From: Nitrospina sp.
Lineage (GTDB): Bacteria; Nitrospinota; Nitrospinia; Nitrospinales; JACRGP01
Reading direction: 5' to 3'
NCBI GenBank assembly: GCA_024648695.1
Contig: JACAVV010000032.1
Coordinates: forward strand, 1-64,000
Length of the DNA stretch: 64,000 bases
Position numbers and translations under genes: made by a program. Shown piece after piece: positions 29,313-39,053 of the stretch. The notes beneath the pieces were generated by a model. That model was not told the origin of the DNA, made no database searches, and saw only the letters and a list, made by a program, of their open reading frames with translations. How positions within the stretch are numbered: position 1 is the stretch's first letter; each line of letters opens with the position of its first letter.

Positions 29313-29607
29313 CAAAATCACTAGTGTCCGGGGAAAATCAAAATATTCTTTGAAAACGTGAGGCTTAATTGGGCTGTTTTTTAACCGGACAGCACGAATA
29401 AGCTCCTAAAATGGCTGTAAATGCCTGTTCCCACACTGATAAGGATTTTCAGCGATCTCAGAAAACTCTTTCAGGGGATGTAGATTCAGGTTTTCCCGGA
29501 CAGCATGGATCGAAAACAGGTAACTCCTTAAAAAACAATGAAATATTTTTTAATACTGGACTATCAACCCAATGTTAAAAATTTCCCCGGACAGTAGTGA
29601 ATCAAAA
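29313..29607. repeat. Inverted-repeat pair of 21 bp, TCACTAGTGTCCGGGGAAA(A), at 29319-29339 and in reverse complement at 29584-29605, with two internal CCGGACAG half-copies at 29385 and 29496 and recurring ATCAAAAT motifs.
   Basis: Manual alignment gives 20 of 21 identities between the arms. The arms lie about 245 bp apart in the non-coding region between nhaA and a small ORF. Internal partial copies read TTTTCCCGGACAGCATGGATCGAAAAC. Confidence 0.6.
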
Positions 29608-29623
29608 TGAAAGGAAAAAACTC

Positions 29624-29851
29624 ATGGATAAATATGAAAAAACATACGAGCTTCTTGCAAAACGATTAAAAAACGGTGATCAGTTCGGACTTAGAATGGG
29701 TTTGGATGGAGAAGGAAAATTTAAAGATTTTTATGGAGAACAGGAAATTCCCGTTCTTAAAGAGTTTCTTGAAAATGCGCGCAAAGAGAATATTAAAGAC
29801 ATTATCATTCGCAATGCTAATGCGGAGGAGAGCATTGTCAGTGAATTTTAG
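29624..29851 (+). CDS. Small hypothetical protein (75 aa from ATG 29624; the track ORF begins at a GTG at 29597).
   Basis: The ORF is followed 33 bp later by a strong intrinsic terminator. There is an AAAGGA RBS before the ATG. The protein is charged and helical (MDKYEKTYELLAKRLKNGDQFGL..). Confidence 0.45.
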   Translation: MDKYEKTYELLAKRLKNGDQFGLRMGLDGEGKFKDFYGEQEIPVLKEFLENARKENIKDIIIRNANAEESIVSEF

Positions 29852-29883
29852 TTCCAACGGAAATCAAAAATGATCCTTTATGC

Positions 29884-29920
29884 AAAGGGCCTGGTAATTC
29901 TAAACCAGGCCCTTTCTTTC
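29884..29920 (+). terminator. Rho-independent terminator (AGGGCCTGG-N10-CCAGGCCCT followed by TTCTTTC).
   Basis: It has a perfect 9-bp GC-rich stem and a T-rich tail directly after the small ORF. Confidence 0.7.
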
Positions 29921-30126
29921 AAATACTGGAAAATAGAACGGTGTTAAGACTGGAATTTTCAAAGCATTTGCCTCGCAACCAGAGGAGGGATTCCAAATCG
30001 CCTTTTGCTCACCTTCTGCCAATTAGACCAATTGAGGGTGTAAATATGGTGTGATATAGTTTAGGAAGAATTTTCCAGTCCAAAACTATTGAATTGCCAA
30101 AATATAAAGATTTATCGCAAAAAAGC

Positions 30127-30254
30127 TTACAACAAGTTGTCCCAAAGCAAGAGGTTTTTTGGAAGGATTCTGCTCCCCAGAAAAATGATCGCCAACAAAG
30201 CGGCAATCAAAACCGAATACATCACCAGATAAGCCATTTTTGTCTCCTGTTCAT
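30127..30254 (-). pseudogene. Relic 5' fragment of the SPFH/flotillin gene (36 codons, MAYLVMYSVLIAALLAIIFLGSRILPKNLLLWDNLL then stop) with its RBS; this is the right copy of the 118-bp direct repeat.
   Basis: It is 95% identical to 22977-23094. Translation matches the SPFH N-terminus for 30 residues, then diverges and terminates. Confidence 0.8.
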
Positions 30255-30473
30255 ATACCAATTTTAGGAAAGGTGGTTCTTTGAGGTGAATGCAGAATTG
30301 TGAGATGGTCTATTTTAAAAACTCAAGACCCAGCAACACGCTTTTTTCAAAACGTCTATTCAAAGGTGTAAGAGGGAGGGGCCAAATGAGGCTAGGCCCC
30401 ATATTATTTTCCATTTAAACAGGTTCCCAACCGGCGTTTAAACCCTCAAGTTTTCGAACCAGAATTCTAACCT

Positions 30474-33400
30474 CTAGTTGATACCGCTAAAATTCGGTGT
30501 GTTAAAGGATCTGGAATCCTGGGTATCGCCTATGAATTCCATGGCGAATCCGGTGCTGGTATTTTGCACCACCACCGCTCCCCAAAAATTGAGCAAGGTG
30601 ATATCCAGAAAACCAGGAGCCTCGAAATTACCTGTAGCCGTATGAACGTTGGTGGCGATGGGAGCGATCCTCACATTTCCAAATCGGCCCGACGTCGTAT
30701 CGGTGATAATGAACTTGGCATCAGGTATGTTGTCCGGGTTAATAGACGGGTTGTTGGTCGCCACAATGAAAATACGTTGTGTCTCCTGCTGGCTGATGGT
30801 GAACTCCACCTTGCCATCTGAAATTCCCGATTTGAACAAGGCATCCACAATCACTCCAATTTGAGAACCCATTCCAGAAAGAGAGGGGTGTGAAGTGGCA
30901 ATGAAGGTGTAGGATGCCGAATCCGTTTGCCAGTAAGGGGAAATGATTCCATATGTAGGCGGTGGATCATCCTCAATTATCGTGTAAGTGTGTGAGGAAG
31001 GCGAACCGATCGTCGCATTGACGGGGTGGCGTAATTGCATCACCACCGTTTCATCGCCCTGAAACTTCGCGTTATCCACCACGGTTGCAGAAATGTCCAC
31101 ACTGGTGATTCCCGGGTTGAAGGTCAGGGTTCCCGTGTTCAATGTAAAGGCTCTCCGACCAACCGTCTGGTCGGAAACCGAGAAGTCCACTGTAATCATC
31201 TCTCCACTTGCATGAGATAACGACACTGTAAAATCGGGATCGTGGTCCGATTCTTCCTTTGAAGAGCTGGATTCCGCAAAGGAAACCGTAGGTTCTGAAC
31301 CTGCGTCATCGTCCAGAATGGTATAGGTGTGTTTGTTGCGTATTCCTATGGCGCCGTTGGACGGTGCGGCGGATAAAATAATTTCGATCGTTTCATTATT
31401 CTCCAAAACGCTATCGTCTGTAATGGTCAACGTCACCGTTTTACTGGTTTCTCCAGCCAAGAACATGACAGAGTTTGAATCCAGAGTGAAGTCGGTATTT
31501 TCGGTCGCAGTGCCATTACTCACACTAACCCCGGTTCCCACAGGATTGTCTGCGGCATTGGATAATTTTACGTTAATATTTACCGTTGTATTGGATTCAG
31601 AACCACTGGATGTTGCGCTTTCAAAATAAATGGTTGGAGACTTGGCGTCTGTAACACCAATCGCTTCACTATCATCACCATCATTATCAATGATGGTGTA
31701 AGTATGTGAGGCAATACTTCCAAGGCCTGTATTCGATCCATTCGACAAAGTGATGACGATGTTTTCCAATTCGTCTTCGGACCCATCATCATTATCCAGG
31801 GCATCGTCCACAACGGTTAAAGTAATGTCCTGAGTCTGAACGCCATTGGCAAAAGTTAAGGTCCCTGCCGCGAGAGTAAAGTCGGTACCGCTTCCTTGGG
31901 CAGTGGTTCCCATTCCATTCACCGCATAATCGATAGTGACATTTGCCGGTAAGGGATTCGGAATATTGAGGGAAACCGGAATCGTCACATTGGTAACCGA
32001 TTCCAGGCCGTCGGAGTTGGCCTTATCAAAGGAAACGCTCAAGCCATAAAAAATAAACGCCGCACCCGAATTGTCCTGCGATCCGTTGGCATCATCCAAC
32101 CACGCGCCGACAAGCACATCGTTGGCCCCGACGCCATTGAAATCACCTGCCGTTCCCACAGCGACGCCTAATTCATCCCCTTGCTCGGACGCCACCGAAT
32201 TACCGGACTGACCATTGATAATCAAATCCGCATCTGCATCTGCGCGCAGGGTGGTTTGCATTCCGGGGTTCTGGCCGAAAAAAACGAAAGCCGCTCCGGA
32301 ACCGGTTTGACTGTTGTTGCTATCCTTCGGTGCGCCAACAATCACATCTTTCAAGCTGTCGCCATTGAAATCACCTGCCCCAGCCACGGACCAGCCAAAG
32401 CGGTCGAGTTCGCTTTGTCCATTTAAAATAATGTTTGCATCACTGTCCGGTGTGAGCGTGGTTTGCATTCCAGGATTCTGGCCAAAGAATATGAATGCAC
32501 TACCGGACATATTTTCTCCGTTGTTATCGTCCAAGGGAGCGCCGACAATCACATCGTCAAAACTATCGCCATTAAAGTCACCAACACCCGCAACGGAAAA
32601 TCCAAAGTTGTCCTGAAGGCCTGTGCTGTTGATGATGATATCCGCATCCGCATCCGCCCTTTTAAAAGTCTGGGTCCCCAGATTGGCTCCAAAAAAGATA
32701 AACGCCGCTCCTGAGTCGTCAAACACATTGCTATCACTGTCGCCGGAATTGTCGTCCCCGGGTGCACCGACAATCACATCGTCATTGCCATCATTGTTGA
32801 AGTCACCCGCTGAGGCCACCGACCAACCAAACTCATCATTGAACCGGTCAAAACTGATACTACCAAGCCCTTGACCATCCAGCCGCACATTCACATGAGT
32901 GTCTGCTTGCAAAACTACCTGGTTGACCGTATTGATACCATAATAAATGAATGCGCTTCCGGAACCAGTTGCATCATTATTATCATCCTCCGGAGCACCC
33001 ACGATAACATCGTGCAAGCTATCCCCATCGCCTTGAAAGTTGCCCGCCGATGCCACAGAAAATCCGAAAAGATCGCCTGCATCCTGTCCTTCGATGATGA
33101 TCTTGGCATCTGTATTGGCGCTAAGGGTCATTTGGCTACCGACTGAAAAGCTGGGTAGACCATAAAAGATATACGCGGCACCGGAATCGGTTTTATCATT
33201 GCGATCCGCATAAGGGGCACCGACAATAATATCTTCTCGGCCGTCACCATTAAAATCGCCAGCCGACGCCACCGAGAATCCGAAAAAACTGTTCTCCTCG
33301 CCTGTTAAAATCACATCCGCTTCAGTAAGAGGCTTCAGAACGGTCTGTTCCGATATGGACCGTCCTAAAAACACAAAGGCCCGTCCTGCGCTGGTTCCGT

Positions 33401-34382
33401 CCGTCGAATCATTGTAGGCCCCTACGATTACGTCAGTGGTTTCATCGCCATTAAAATCACCGGAACCTACCGAAAACCCAAACAAACTTTCCGTAGTATC
33501 GCCTCTAAAGATAACCTCCGCATCGGTATCGGCGGTAAACGATGGATCTGCCCATATCGGGAAATTCAGGTTCGCCGTACTTTTAAATGCCAATCGTACC
33601 GAATTGTCGGCTATTGAATATTTCAATCCCTGTTTCAATGTTTGCCCCGTCCCATCAATGTATTCAGGTGGCGGTATGATGAATAAGGATTTCTCTACAT
33701 AATCAGGAGCTTCATCCAATCCCGATCCTTCCAGGATAAAACGGTGGACACGTTGACGGAGTTCCCTTTCTGCAATGGATTGCAATTTGCGTTGAAACGG
33801 TATTTTTTTTAACAGAACGACGGTTCCATCTTCCCGTCCCTTCAAGTTCGCTCCTTCGAATCGCCATCGAATGACCGTTCCTTTTTCTTGCAAAGACTTT
33901 TCATTAGCCAGATAAACGAATTCCCGAAAAATCTTTTTTTCTGCGTCATAACGAAACAAAATTGACCGTGTGGTTCCCCGATATACAAGGTATTTGCCAA
34001 ACACCTGGCCACTAAAGGTTTCATCGCTCCCCAAAAACTGTTTTACAGATCCTTCCGCGGTTTTAATAATTATTGGATGCGATGCGTCCAGCTTTTTCGG
34101 AAAATCCATCCGAACAGCACTTCCGATTTGAACTTTTAAAATAAAATTTGAATTTGAGCCTGACTCGAAGGGGCTCGATCCCACATTCGACCAATCGGCA
34201 TCCATGGCAAGCATTTGCCCGATTTCAGGCGTAACATCCGGAATGGCTTTTGGGACAATGCTTTGGCCAGGATCAACCTTTCGAGTATCCGGTGCCGTCA
34301 CTGAGGCCAGCAGTGGTGAAGGTTGCCCAACCATCAAGGAAATCGCCAGGGCAAATATAAAAAGGAATCGGGCGTATTGCAT
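30474..34382 (-). CDS. Very large secreted surface protein with multiple FG-GAP (integrin-alpha-like) repeats and Calx-beta domains, 1302 aa.
   Basis: It has a signal peptide (MQYARFLFIFALAISLMVGQPSPLLASV) and about 9 repeats of the FGxSVAxAGDFNGDGxxDVIVGAP...GAAFIF type. Several Calx-beta-like beta-sandwich segments lie in the C-terminal third. The internal DNA is repetitive across 32200-33500. Confidence 0.8.
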   Translation of the reverse strand: MQYARFLFIFALAISLMVGQPSPLLASVTAPDTRKVDPGQSIVPKAIPDVTPEIGQMLAMDADWSNVGSSPFESGSNSNFILKVQIGSAVRMDFPKKLDASHPIIIKTAEGSVKQFLGSDETFSGQVFGKYLVYRGTTRSILFRYDAEKKIFREFVYLANEKSLQEKGTVIRWRFEGANLKGREDGTVVLLKKIPFQRKLQSIAERELRQRVHRFILEGSGLDEAPDYVEKSLFIIPPPEYIDGTGQTLKQGLKYSIADNSVRLAFKSTANLNFPIWADPSFTADTDAEVIFRGDTTESLFGFSVGSGDFNGDETTDVIVGAYNDSTDGTSAGRAFVFLGRSISEQTVLKPLTEADVILTGEENSFFGFSVASAGDFNGDGREDIIVGAPYADRNDKTDSGAAYIFYGLPSFSVGSQMTLSANTDAKIIIEGQDAGDLFGFSVASAGNFQGDGDSLHDVIVGAPEDDNNDATGSGSAFIYYGINTVNQVVLQADTHVNVRLDGQGLGSISFDRFNDEFGWSVASAGDFNNDGNDDVIVGAPGDDNSGDSDSNVFDDSGAAFIFFGANLGTQTFKRADADADIIINSTGLQDNFGFSVAGVGDFNGDSFDDVIVGAPLDDNNGENMSGSAFIFFGQNPGMQTTLTPDSDANIILNGQSELDRFGWSVAGAGDFNGDSLKDVIVGAPKDSNNSQTGSGAAFVFFGQNPGMQTTLRADADADLIINGQSGNSVASEQGDELGVAVGTAGDFNGVGANDVLVGAWLDDANGSQDNSGAAFIFYGLSVSFDKANSDGLESVTNVTIPVSLNIPNPLPANVTIDYAVNGMGTTAQGSGTDFTLAAGTLTFANGVQTQDITLTVVDDALDNDDGSEDELENIVITLSNGSNTGLGSIASHTYTIIDNDGDDSEAIGVTDAKSPTIYFESATSSGSESNTTVNINVKLSNAADNPVGTGVSVSNGTATENTDFTLDSNSVMFLAGETSKTVTLTITDDSVLENNETIEIILSAAPSNGAIGIRNKHTYTILDDDAGSEPTVSFAESSSSKEESDHDPDFTVSLSHASGEMITVDFSVSDQTVGRRAFTLNTGTLTFNPGITSVDISATVVDNAKFQGDETVVMQLRHPVNATIGSPSSHTYTIIEDDPPPTYGIISPYWQTDSASYTFIATSHPSLSGMGSQIGVIVDALFKSGISDGKVEFTISQQETQRIFIVATNNPSINPDNIPDAKFIITDTTSGRFGNVRIAPIATNVHTATGNFEAPGFLDITLLNFWGAVVVQNTSTGFAMEFIGDTQDSRSFNTPNFSGIN

Positions 34383-34688
34383 GATTCTCTCCTTAAAAAA
34401 TCAAGTCGAATGGGGTTTACAGTTTGAGTTTTAAAATCTGTTTATTTAAGAATTACAATAACAGAAATTCTCTAATATATTCAACTATTGATTTTCATTT
34501 TCTTTCAATTTTTAAACAACTTGTGTATATGAAAAAAAAAGTAAAGGAAAGTATTGCTTAATTCACTCTTATTGAAACTTCGATCTTTCCAATCTCTTTG
34601 CGAATATCGAATTGATTGGAAATCCAAACCTGAAGGGGAGAAGATTCGAGCGGGTTTACTTGAAACCTGAAAATTTTATTAAAATTCT

Positions 34689-35723
34689 CTAAAACAGGCT
34701 CAACTGGGTATGCGGGTGAGACCGAAAATGGCGGGTGGACAGTTCCCTGACATCTTTATTCAAACCAAACTTCTTGCAGGAACTATAAAATAGAGCCCGA
34801 ATAGCCTCTGCAAATACACCTTCTCCCTTCATCCGAAGATGAAAGCGCGAATCATGCAAAGTTCCTCCGTGAACGTCTCGTATCCGATTTAGGACCTTCT
34901 CCTTTTTCGTGGGATAATTCTGTTCCAGCCAGTCTTCAAACAAAGTCTGGACACTTTCCGGAAGCCGAAGCAGTAAGTAACCGGCGAAGCTCGCTCCCGC
35001 TTCCCTTGCGGCTTTGAGTAGATCAGGTACTTCAGACTCAGTCAATCCTGGCACCACCGGACCCAAAAGCACGCCAACAGGCACACCGGCTTTAGCCAGA
35101 ATTTTAATAGCTTCCAGTCTCTGGCGCGGAAGCGAAGCCCGTGGCTCCAGTTTTCTCGCCAGGGTTTCATCAAGACTACCCAGGGATATAAAAACTGCAG
35201 ACGCGTCAAATTGGGCAAGCTCTTGTAAGAGATCGCTGTCCCGACATACCAGTCTATTTTTGGTAACGATGGTCACAGGATTGCGATATTTGACCAAAAC
35301 CTTCAGGCAGGAACGAGTCAGTTCCAGTTTTTTCTCGATAGGCTGATAGGCATCCGTCACTCCACTGAGTCCTAACACTCGCGGTTGCCAATATTTGGAC
35401 GCAAGTTTTTTATCGAGCAAAACAGGGGCTTGCTCTTTCACCATAATTTTGGTTTCAAAATCGAGTCCGGGGGAAAAATTCAGGTATTCATGGGACGGGC
35501 GGGCATAACAATAAACACAGCCATGCTCACAACCGCGATAAGGGTTGATGGTGGATTCAAATCCAACATCAGGGCTCTCATTATCTGTAATGATAGCTTT
35601 ACTCTGGTCTTTGAAATAAGTGGTGGGCACTCCCGAATCCAGGACGGGCCCTTCGGGAATGTAATCAATTTTGTCAAAGCGGTTGCCTGGATTTGCCAGC
35701 GTACCGCGGGCGGTATTCTTCAT
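34689..35723 (-). CDS. Radical SAM protein of the PA0069/SplB-like family (COG1533, the 'DNA repair photolyase' group). The start is probably the ATG near 35723 rather than the upstream GTG.
   Basis: The N-terminus has the family signature ..RGTLANPGNRF, and the CEHGCVYCY cluster (Cx3Cx2C) lies at about residue 68. Confidence 0.7.
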   Translation of the reverse strand: MKNTARGTLANPGNRFDKIDYIPEGPVLDSGVPTTYFKDQSKAIITDNESPDVGFESTINPYRGCEHGCVYCYARPSHEYLNFSPGLDFETKIMVKEQAPVLLDKKLASKYWQPRVLGLSGVTDAYQPIEKKLELTRSCLKVLVKYRNPVTIVTKNRLVCRDSDLLQELAQFDASAVFISLGSLDETLARKLEPRASLPRQRLEAIKILAKAGVPVGVLLGPVVPGLTESEVPDLLKAAREAGASFAGYLLLRLPESVQTLFEDWLEQNYPTKKEKVLNRIRDVHGGTLHDSRFHLRMKGEGVFAEAIRALFYSSCKKFGLNKDVRELSTRHFRSHPHTQLSLF

Positions 35724-35817
35724 AATGGCCACTTCATTTAAAAAGATCTATTTTCGTTTTATTTTCGCCATAATATCAGAGAATTGCAAGAGGGAACGGA
35801 TGATTTTTCGTGGTGGA

Positions 35818-36600
35818 TCAGGAGGACGAATCGAAAGCCCAGGCCATAGAGCGGTTGGACCCTCCAGCGTGACCAAGCTTGCTGACTACAAGGAGGCCTA
35901 TGTCTTCATCCTCGGTAAACCAGTCGATGACCGTCGAAAGAACGGACTCAGGATGAATTCCCTGCTCGATCATTTGGTAGGCGCGATACGCGGTGATATT
36001 CATCGCAATCGCCTCCCCTTTACCCGTAGCCGCCACGGCTCCCTCCGGCCCTGCGAATAAACCGCAACCCATCAAAGGCACATCACCCACTCTACCCGAT
36101 GGGGCTCCCCCAGTTCCGCCTGTGCTCAGACCCGCCGCAAAGGTTTTTCCATCTGTGGCCACACAACCTACTGTATCGCAGGCTTTGCCTGATTTTTCAG
36201 GAGGATTGAGCGGAAAAGGGGCACATCTTTTTTCCAGGGCAAACTCGCGCGCACCCCGTCCTGCAAGGAATCGGGTGTCCGTTTCGCAAAGGGCTTTTGC
36301 AATGTGGATGGGATTCCTGAATCCTTCCACCACAGCCACCGCACCAAAAAAATTGGTACTCGTCATAATACAGGCATCCATTTGAATCGACCCGTCGGCG
36401 CGTTTGTGCGAACCCACTCCTGCGTTGAAACGGCCATCCTCCTCCAGCACCTGAACCGCCTGGCAAACGGAATCCAACACCGGACGGCCCTGGCACAGCC
36501 ATTCCAGGCCGGATTTTGCAGCCACTGCGGTACCGTCTTTATATTCGTTTTTGGAGCCTGCCCCTCCATGTGTCAAAATCCTTAAAGGCGCGAGGGTCAT
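35818..36600 (-). CDS. Isoaspartyl peptidase / L-asparaginase (Ntn-hydrolase, plant-type asparaginase family).
   Basis: It has the HGGAG N-terminal block and the autoproteolysis site context (TVGCVA) with a Gly-rich GLSTGGTGG block. At 260 aa it is shorter than typical. Confidence 0.65.
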   Translation of the reverse strand: MTLAPLRILTHGGAGSKNEYKDGTAVAAKSGLEWLCQGRPVLDSVCQAVQVLEEDGRFNAGVGSHKRADGSIQMDACIMTSTNFFGAVAVVEGFRNPIHIAKALCETDTRFLAGRGAREFALEKRCAPFPLNPPEKSGKACDTVGCVATDGKTFAAGLSTGGTGGAPSGRVGDVPLMGCGLFAGPEGAVAATGKGEAIAMNITAYRAYQMIEQGIHPESVLSTVIDWFTEDEDIGLLVVSKLGHAGGSNRSMAWAFDSSS

Positions 36601-36615
36601 AGGAATCTTTCTTGA

Positions 36616-37602
36616 TCAATTGAAACTATTGAGGTCGATATCATCGGGGCTACGATTGTATTTATTGCAGAACTCTTTCAAAAAGCATGACGCGCGCTCG
36701 AAACGTTCCAGATCGGCCTGCTCCAGAAATAATCGCTGGGCCTGTAAAATGTAGCGAATCGCGTTTTCTCCGTCGTTGACCCTGTCATAAACCGCACTCA
36801 CATTATTATGGGCCAATGCACATTCCGGTTTCAGTTCCACAACTTTCAGAAAGAGGGGAATCGCCTGGCGATACAGCTTTTCTCCGTAAAGATATTCCGC
36901 GAGATTTTGGTTGGCTTTGAGATCGTTGGGATTGACCTCCAAAGCCTTCTTATAATTTACCAGAGCCGCTTCACTTTTGCCTTCCTTTTCCAGGGTCTTG
37001 GCCAAATCATTATAGGTTCTGGAATCTTTGGGATCGAGTTCAATGCTTTTCCTGAACGTTTCAATAGCAAGATCGGTCTTTCCCAAAACCCTGTAAGCGG
37101 TGGCCAAATTAAATTGGCCTTTTGGATGATGGGGCAAAATTCCTGTTGCAGATTCCAAAGCATCCACTGCATCAGAAATGCGATCCGCCTGAATGTATAA
37201 ATGCCCCAGATCGTACCAGGCCTGAGCATTTTGAGGTGCCAATTCGAGTCCTTTACGGAAAGCACCCATGGCTTTGCCATATTGGTGGAGGAGGTGGTAA
37301 CTTTTTCCCAAATAAAAATAAGTCGGTGAATGGCGGGGATTCCGTTCCAGGGCTTCCACCAGATACCGTTCGGCCAAACGGACTTTATCCAGCCTTAAAC
37401 AGGATCGCCCCATATAAAATTTGAGGAACGGATATTCTTTGAAAGAAACGTCAGCCTGCCTGTAGAAATGAAGGGCCATACGGACTTGTCCCAAACCCTC
37501 TAGCATTAAAGCCCACCAGACAACTGCCAGAAAAACCGGCTTTTTTAGCCATTTGCAAGTATTCCATTTCTTTTTAAAGGCTTCTACCAAGCAAACCCCC
37601 AT
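36616..37602 (-). CDS. Tetratricopeptide-repeat protein with an N-terminal membrane anchor.
   Basis: It has at least six 34-residue TPR units (W-LG-Y-A-F-P pattern) and a hydrophobic N-terminal helix. Confidence 0.7.
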   Translation of the reverse strand: MGVCLVEAFKKKWNTCKWLKKPVFLAVVWWALMLEGLGQVRMALHFYRQADVSFKEYPFLKFYMGRSCLRLDKVRLAERYLVEALERNPRHSPTYFYLGKSYHLLHQYGKAMGAFRKGLELAPQNAQAWYDLGHLYIQADRISDAVDALESATGILPHHPKGQFNLATAYRVLGKTDLAIETFRKSIELDPKDSRTYNDLAKTLEKEGKSEAALVNYKKALEVNPNDLKANQNLAEYLYGEKLYRQAIPLFLKVVELKPECALAHNNVSAVYDRVNDGENAIRYILQAQRLFLEQADLERFERASCFLKEFCNKYNRSPDDIDLNSFN

Positions 37603-37861
37603 TAGAATAGGGACATCCCAAAAGGGCCCTAATCTATTGATATTAAAAGTAATACTGTATCGCTAGTTTACCGTATTTTGGGTATTGATTCAATATCGTT
37701 GGGCAAACACAGGGATCTCTTTCGAAATGGCAACCTGGCAATCACTCAGGAACTCAAGTATCCGAGGTAAGTCCAAATCCATTTTTGCGGGGAAATTGGA
37801 TCTTAATTCTACACATCTGGTTTTCCTGAAATTTTAGGGAAACCTGGGAAAGGAGGGTTTG

Positions 37862-39004
37862 TCAGGAAAAGGTTTTGTCTCCCCGGTCGTCAAGTTGGAT
37901 TCGCTTGGGAAACTCTTCCGGAACGGCGAGCAAATACCGGTCGCTTTTAAAGGTAGGCGGGCTTTGGAGATAAAGCACCAAAAGATTTGCCAGGGCTTCT
38001 AACGATTTTAAATGTACCCTTTCATATCCGTGCGATGCATCCAGGCCAAAACCCAGTAATGCCGTCCGGATATCGTTACCTGCCTCCATTGCCGATGCCG
38101 CATCACTTCGGTAATACTTGAACACGTCACGGCTGTGCACGACTCCATTTTCGGCACACAGTTGAATCAGCTTTTTTGTCAAGTGACGGTCGAATGGACC
38201 GCTGGAGTCCTGCATTGCGATGGTGACCCCCAATTCACTGGTGTTTTGTCCTTCGGCGAGGGTTCCGTTATCTACCGAAACCAGTTCGGCCACATCGCCA
38301 TGCAAAACATGCGATGCGCCCACGCCAACTTCTTCTGAGATCGTGAACAGCAGGTGGCAATCGACCGGCAGAGTCAATCCCGCTTCTGTAACTGCCTTAG
38401 CGGCGCCCAAAATGGCCGCGACTCCTGCTTTATCGTCCAGATACCTGGACACGAAATAACCACTTTCAGTGATTTCCGGATTGGGGTCAAAAGCGATGCA
38501 ATCACCCACATTTACCTGCAGGCGGTCCAAATCCATCCTGTCATTGCAGATGGAGTCGATACGCACTTCCAGGTTTTCCCAGGAGATGGGCTGAGTGTCG
38601 ATTTCCTCATTAAAAGTATGTCCGGAAGATTTACAAGGCAGGACCGTTCCCCGCAGTTGACGGTCCTCGTCACAAAATATAGTCACCCGTCCGCCTTCGG
38701 CGAACCGGGACGACCATGTTCCGATCGGGACGATTTCCAGACGGCCGTTGCTTTTGAGATTTTTGACCATAGCGCCCAAGGTGTCCAAGTGGGCGACAAT
38801 TGCGCGATCCGGACTTTCCTGCTTGCCTTTTAAATTGGCACGAATGGCTCCTTTGCGTGTGAGTTCATGTGAAATACCCAATGCATTCAGTTCCTCACAC
38901 ACACGATTGACAACCGTGTCGGTCAATCCGGTCGGACTCGGAATATTCAACAGTTCGTTTAACAGATTTTTAACGTAGTCTAAGTCAATAGGATAAAGTG
39001 GCAT
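37862..39004 (-). CDS. M42-family peptidase (the hydrolase member of the NAGGN osmoprotectant gene trio). The start is the ATG at 39004 rather than the upstream alternative start.
   Basis: It shows the M42/FrvX aminopeptidase fold blocks (HLDTLG.., DDKAGVAA, ISEEVG). It sits immediately downstream of the ngg-like gene on the same strand. Confidence 0.7.
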   Translation of the reverse strand: MPLYPIDLDYVKNLLNELLNIPSPTGLTDTVVNRVCEELNALGISHELTRKGAIRANLKGKQESPDRAIVAHLDTLGAMVKNLKSNGRLEIVPIGTWSSRFAEGGRVTIFCDEDRQLRGTVLPCKSSGHTFNEEIDTQPISWENLEVRIDSICNDRMDLDRLQVNVGDCIAFDPNPEITESGYFVSRYLDDKAGVAAILGAAKAVTEAGLTLPVDCHLLFTISEEVGVGASHVLHGDVAELVSVDNGTLAEGQNTSELGVTIAMQDSSGPFDRHLTKKLIQLCAENGVVHSRDVFKYYRSDAASAMEAGNDIRTALLGFGLDASHGYERVHLKSLEALANLLVLYLQSPPTFKSDRYLLAVPEEFPKRIQLDDRGDKTFS

Positions 39005-39053
39005 ATATGGTAATGGCTCGTTAAGATGAAAAATTTCAAGGAATTTAAAGGAT

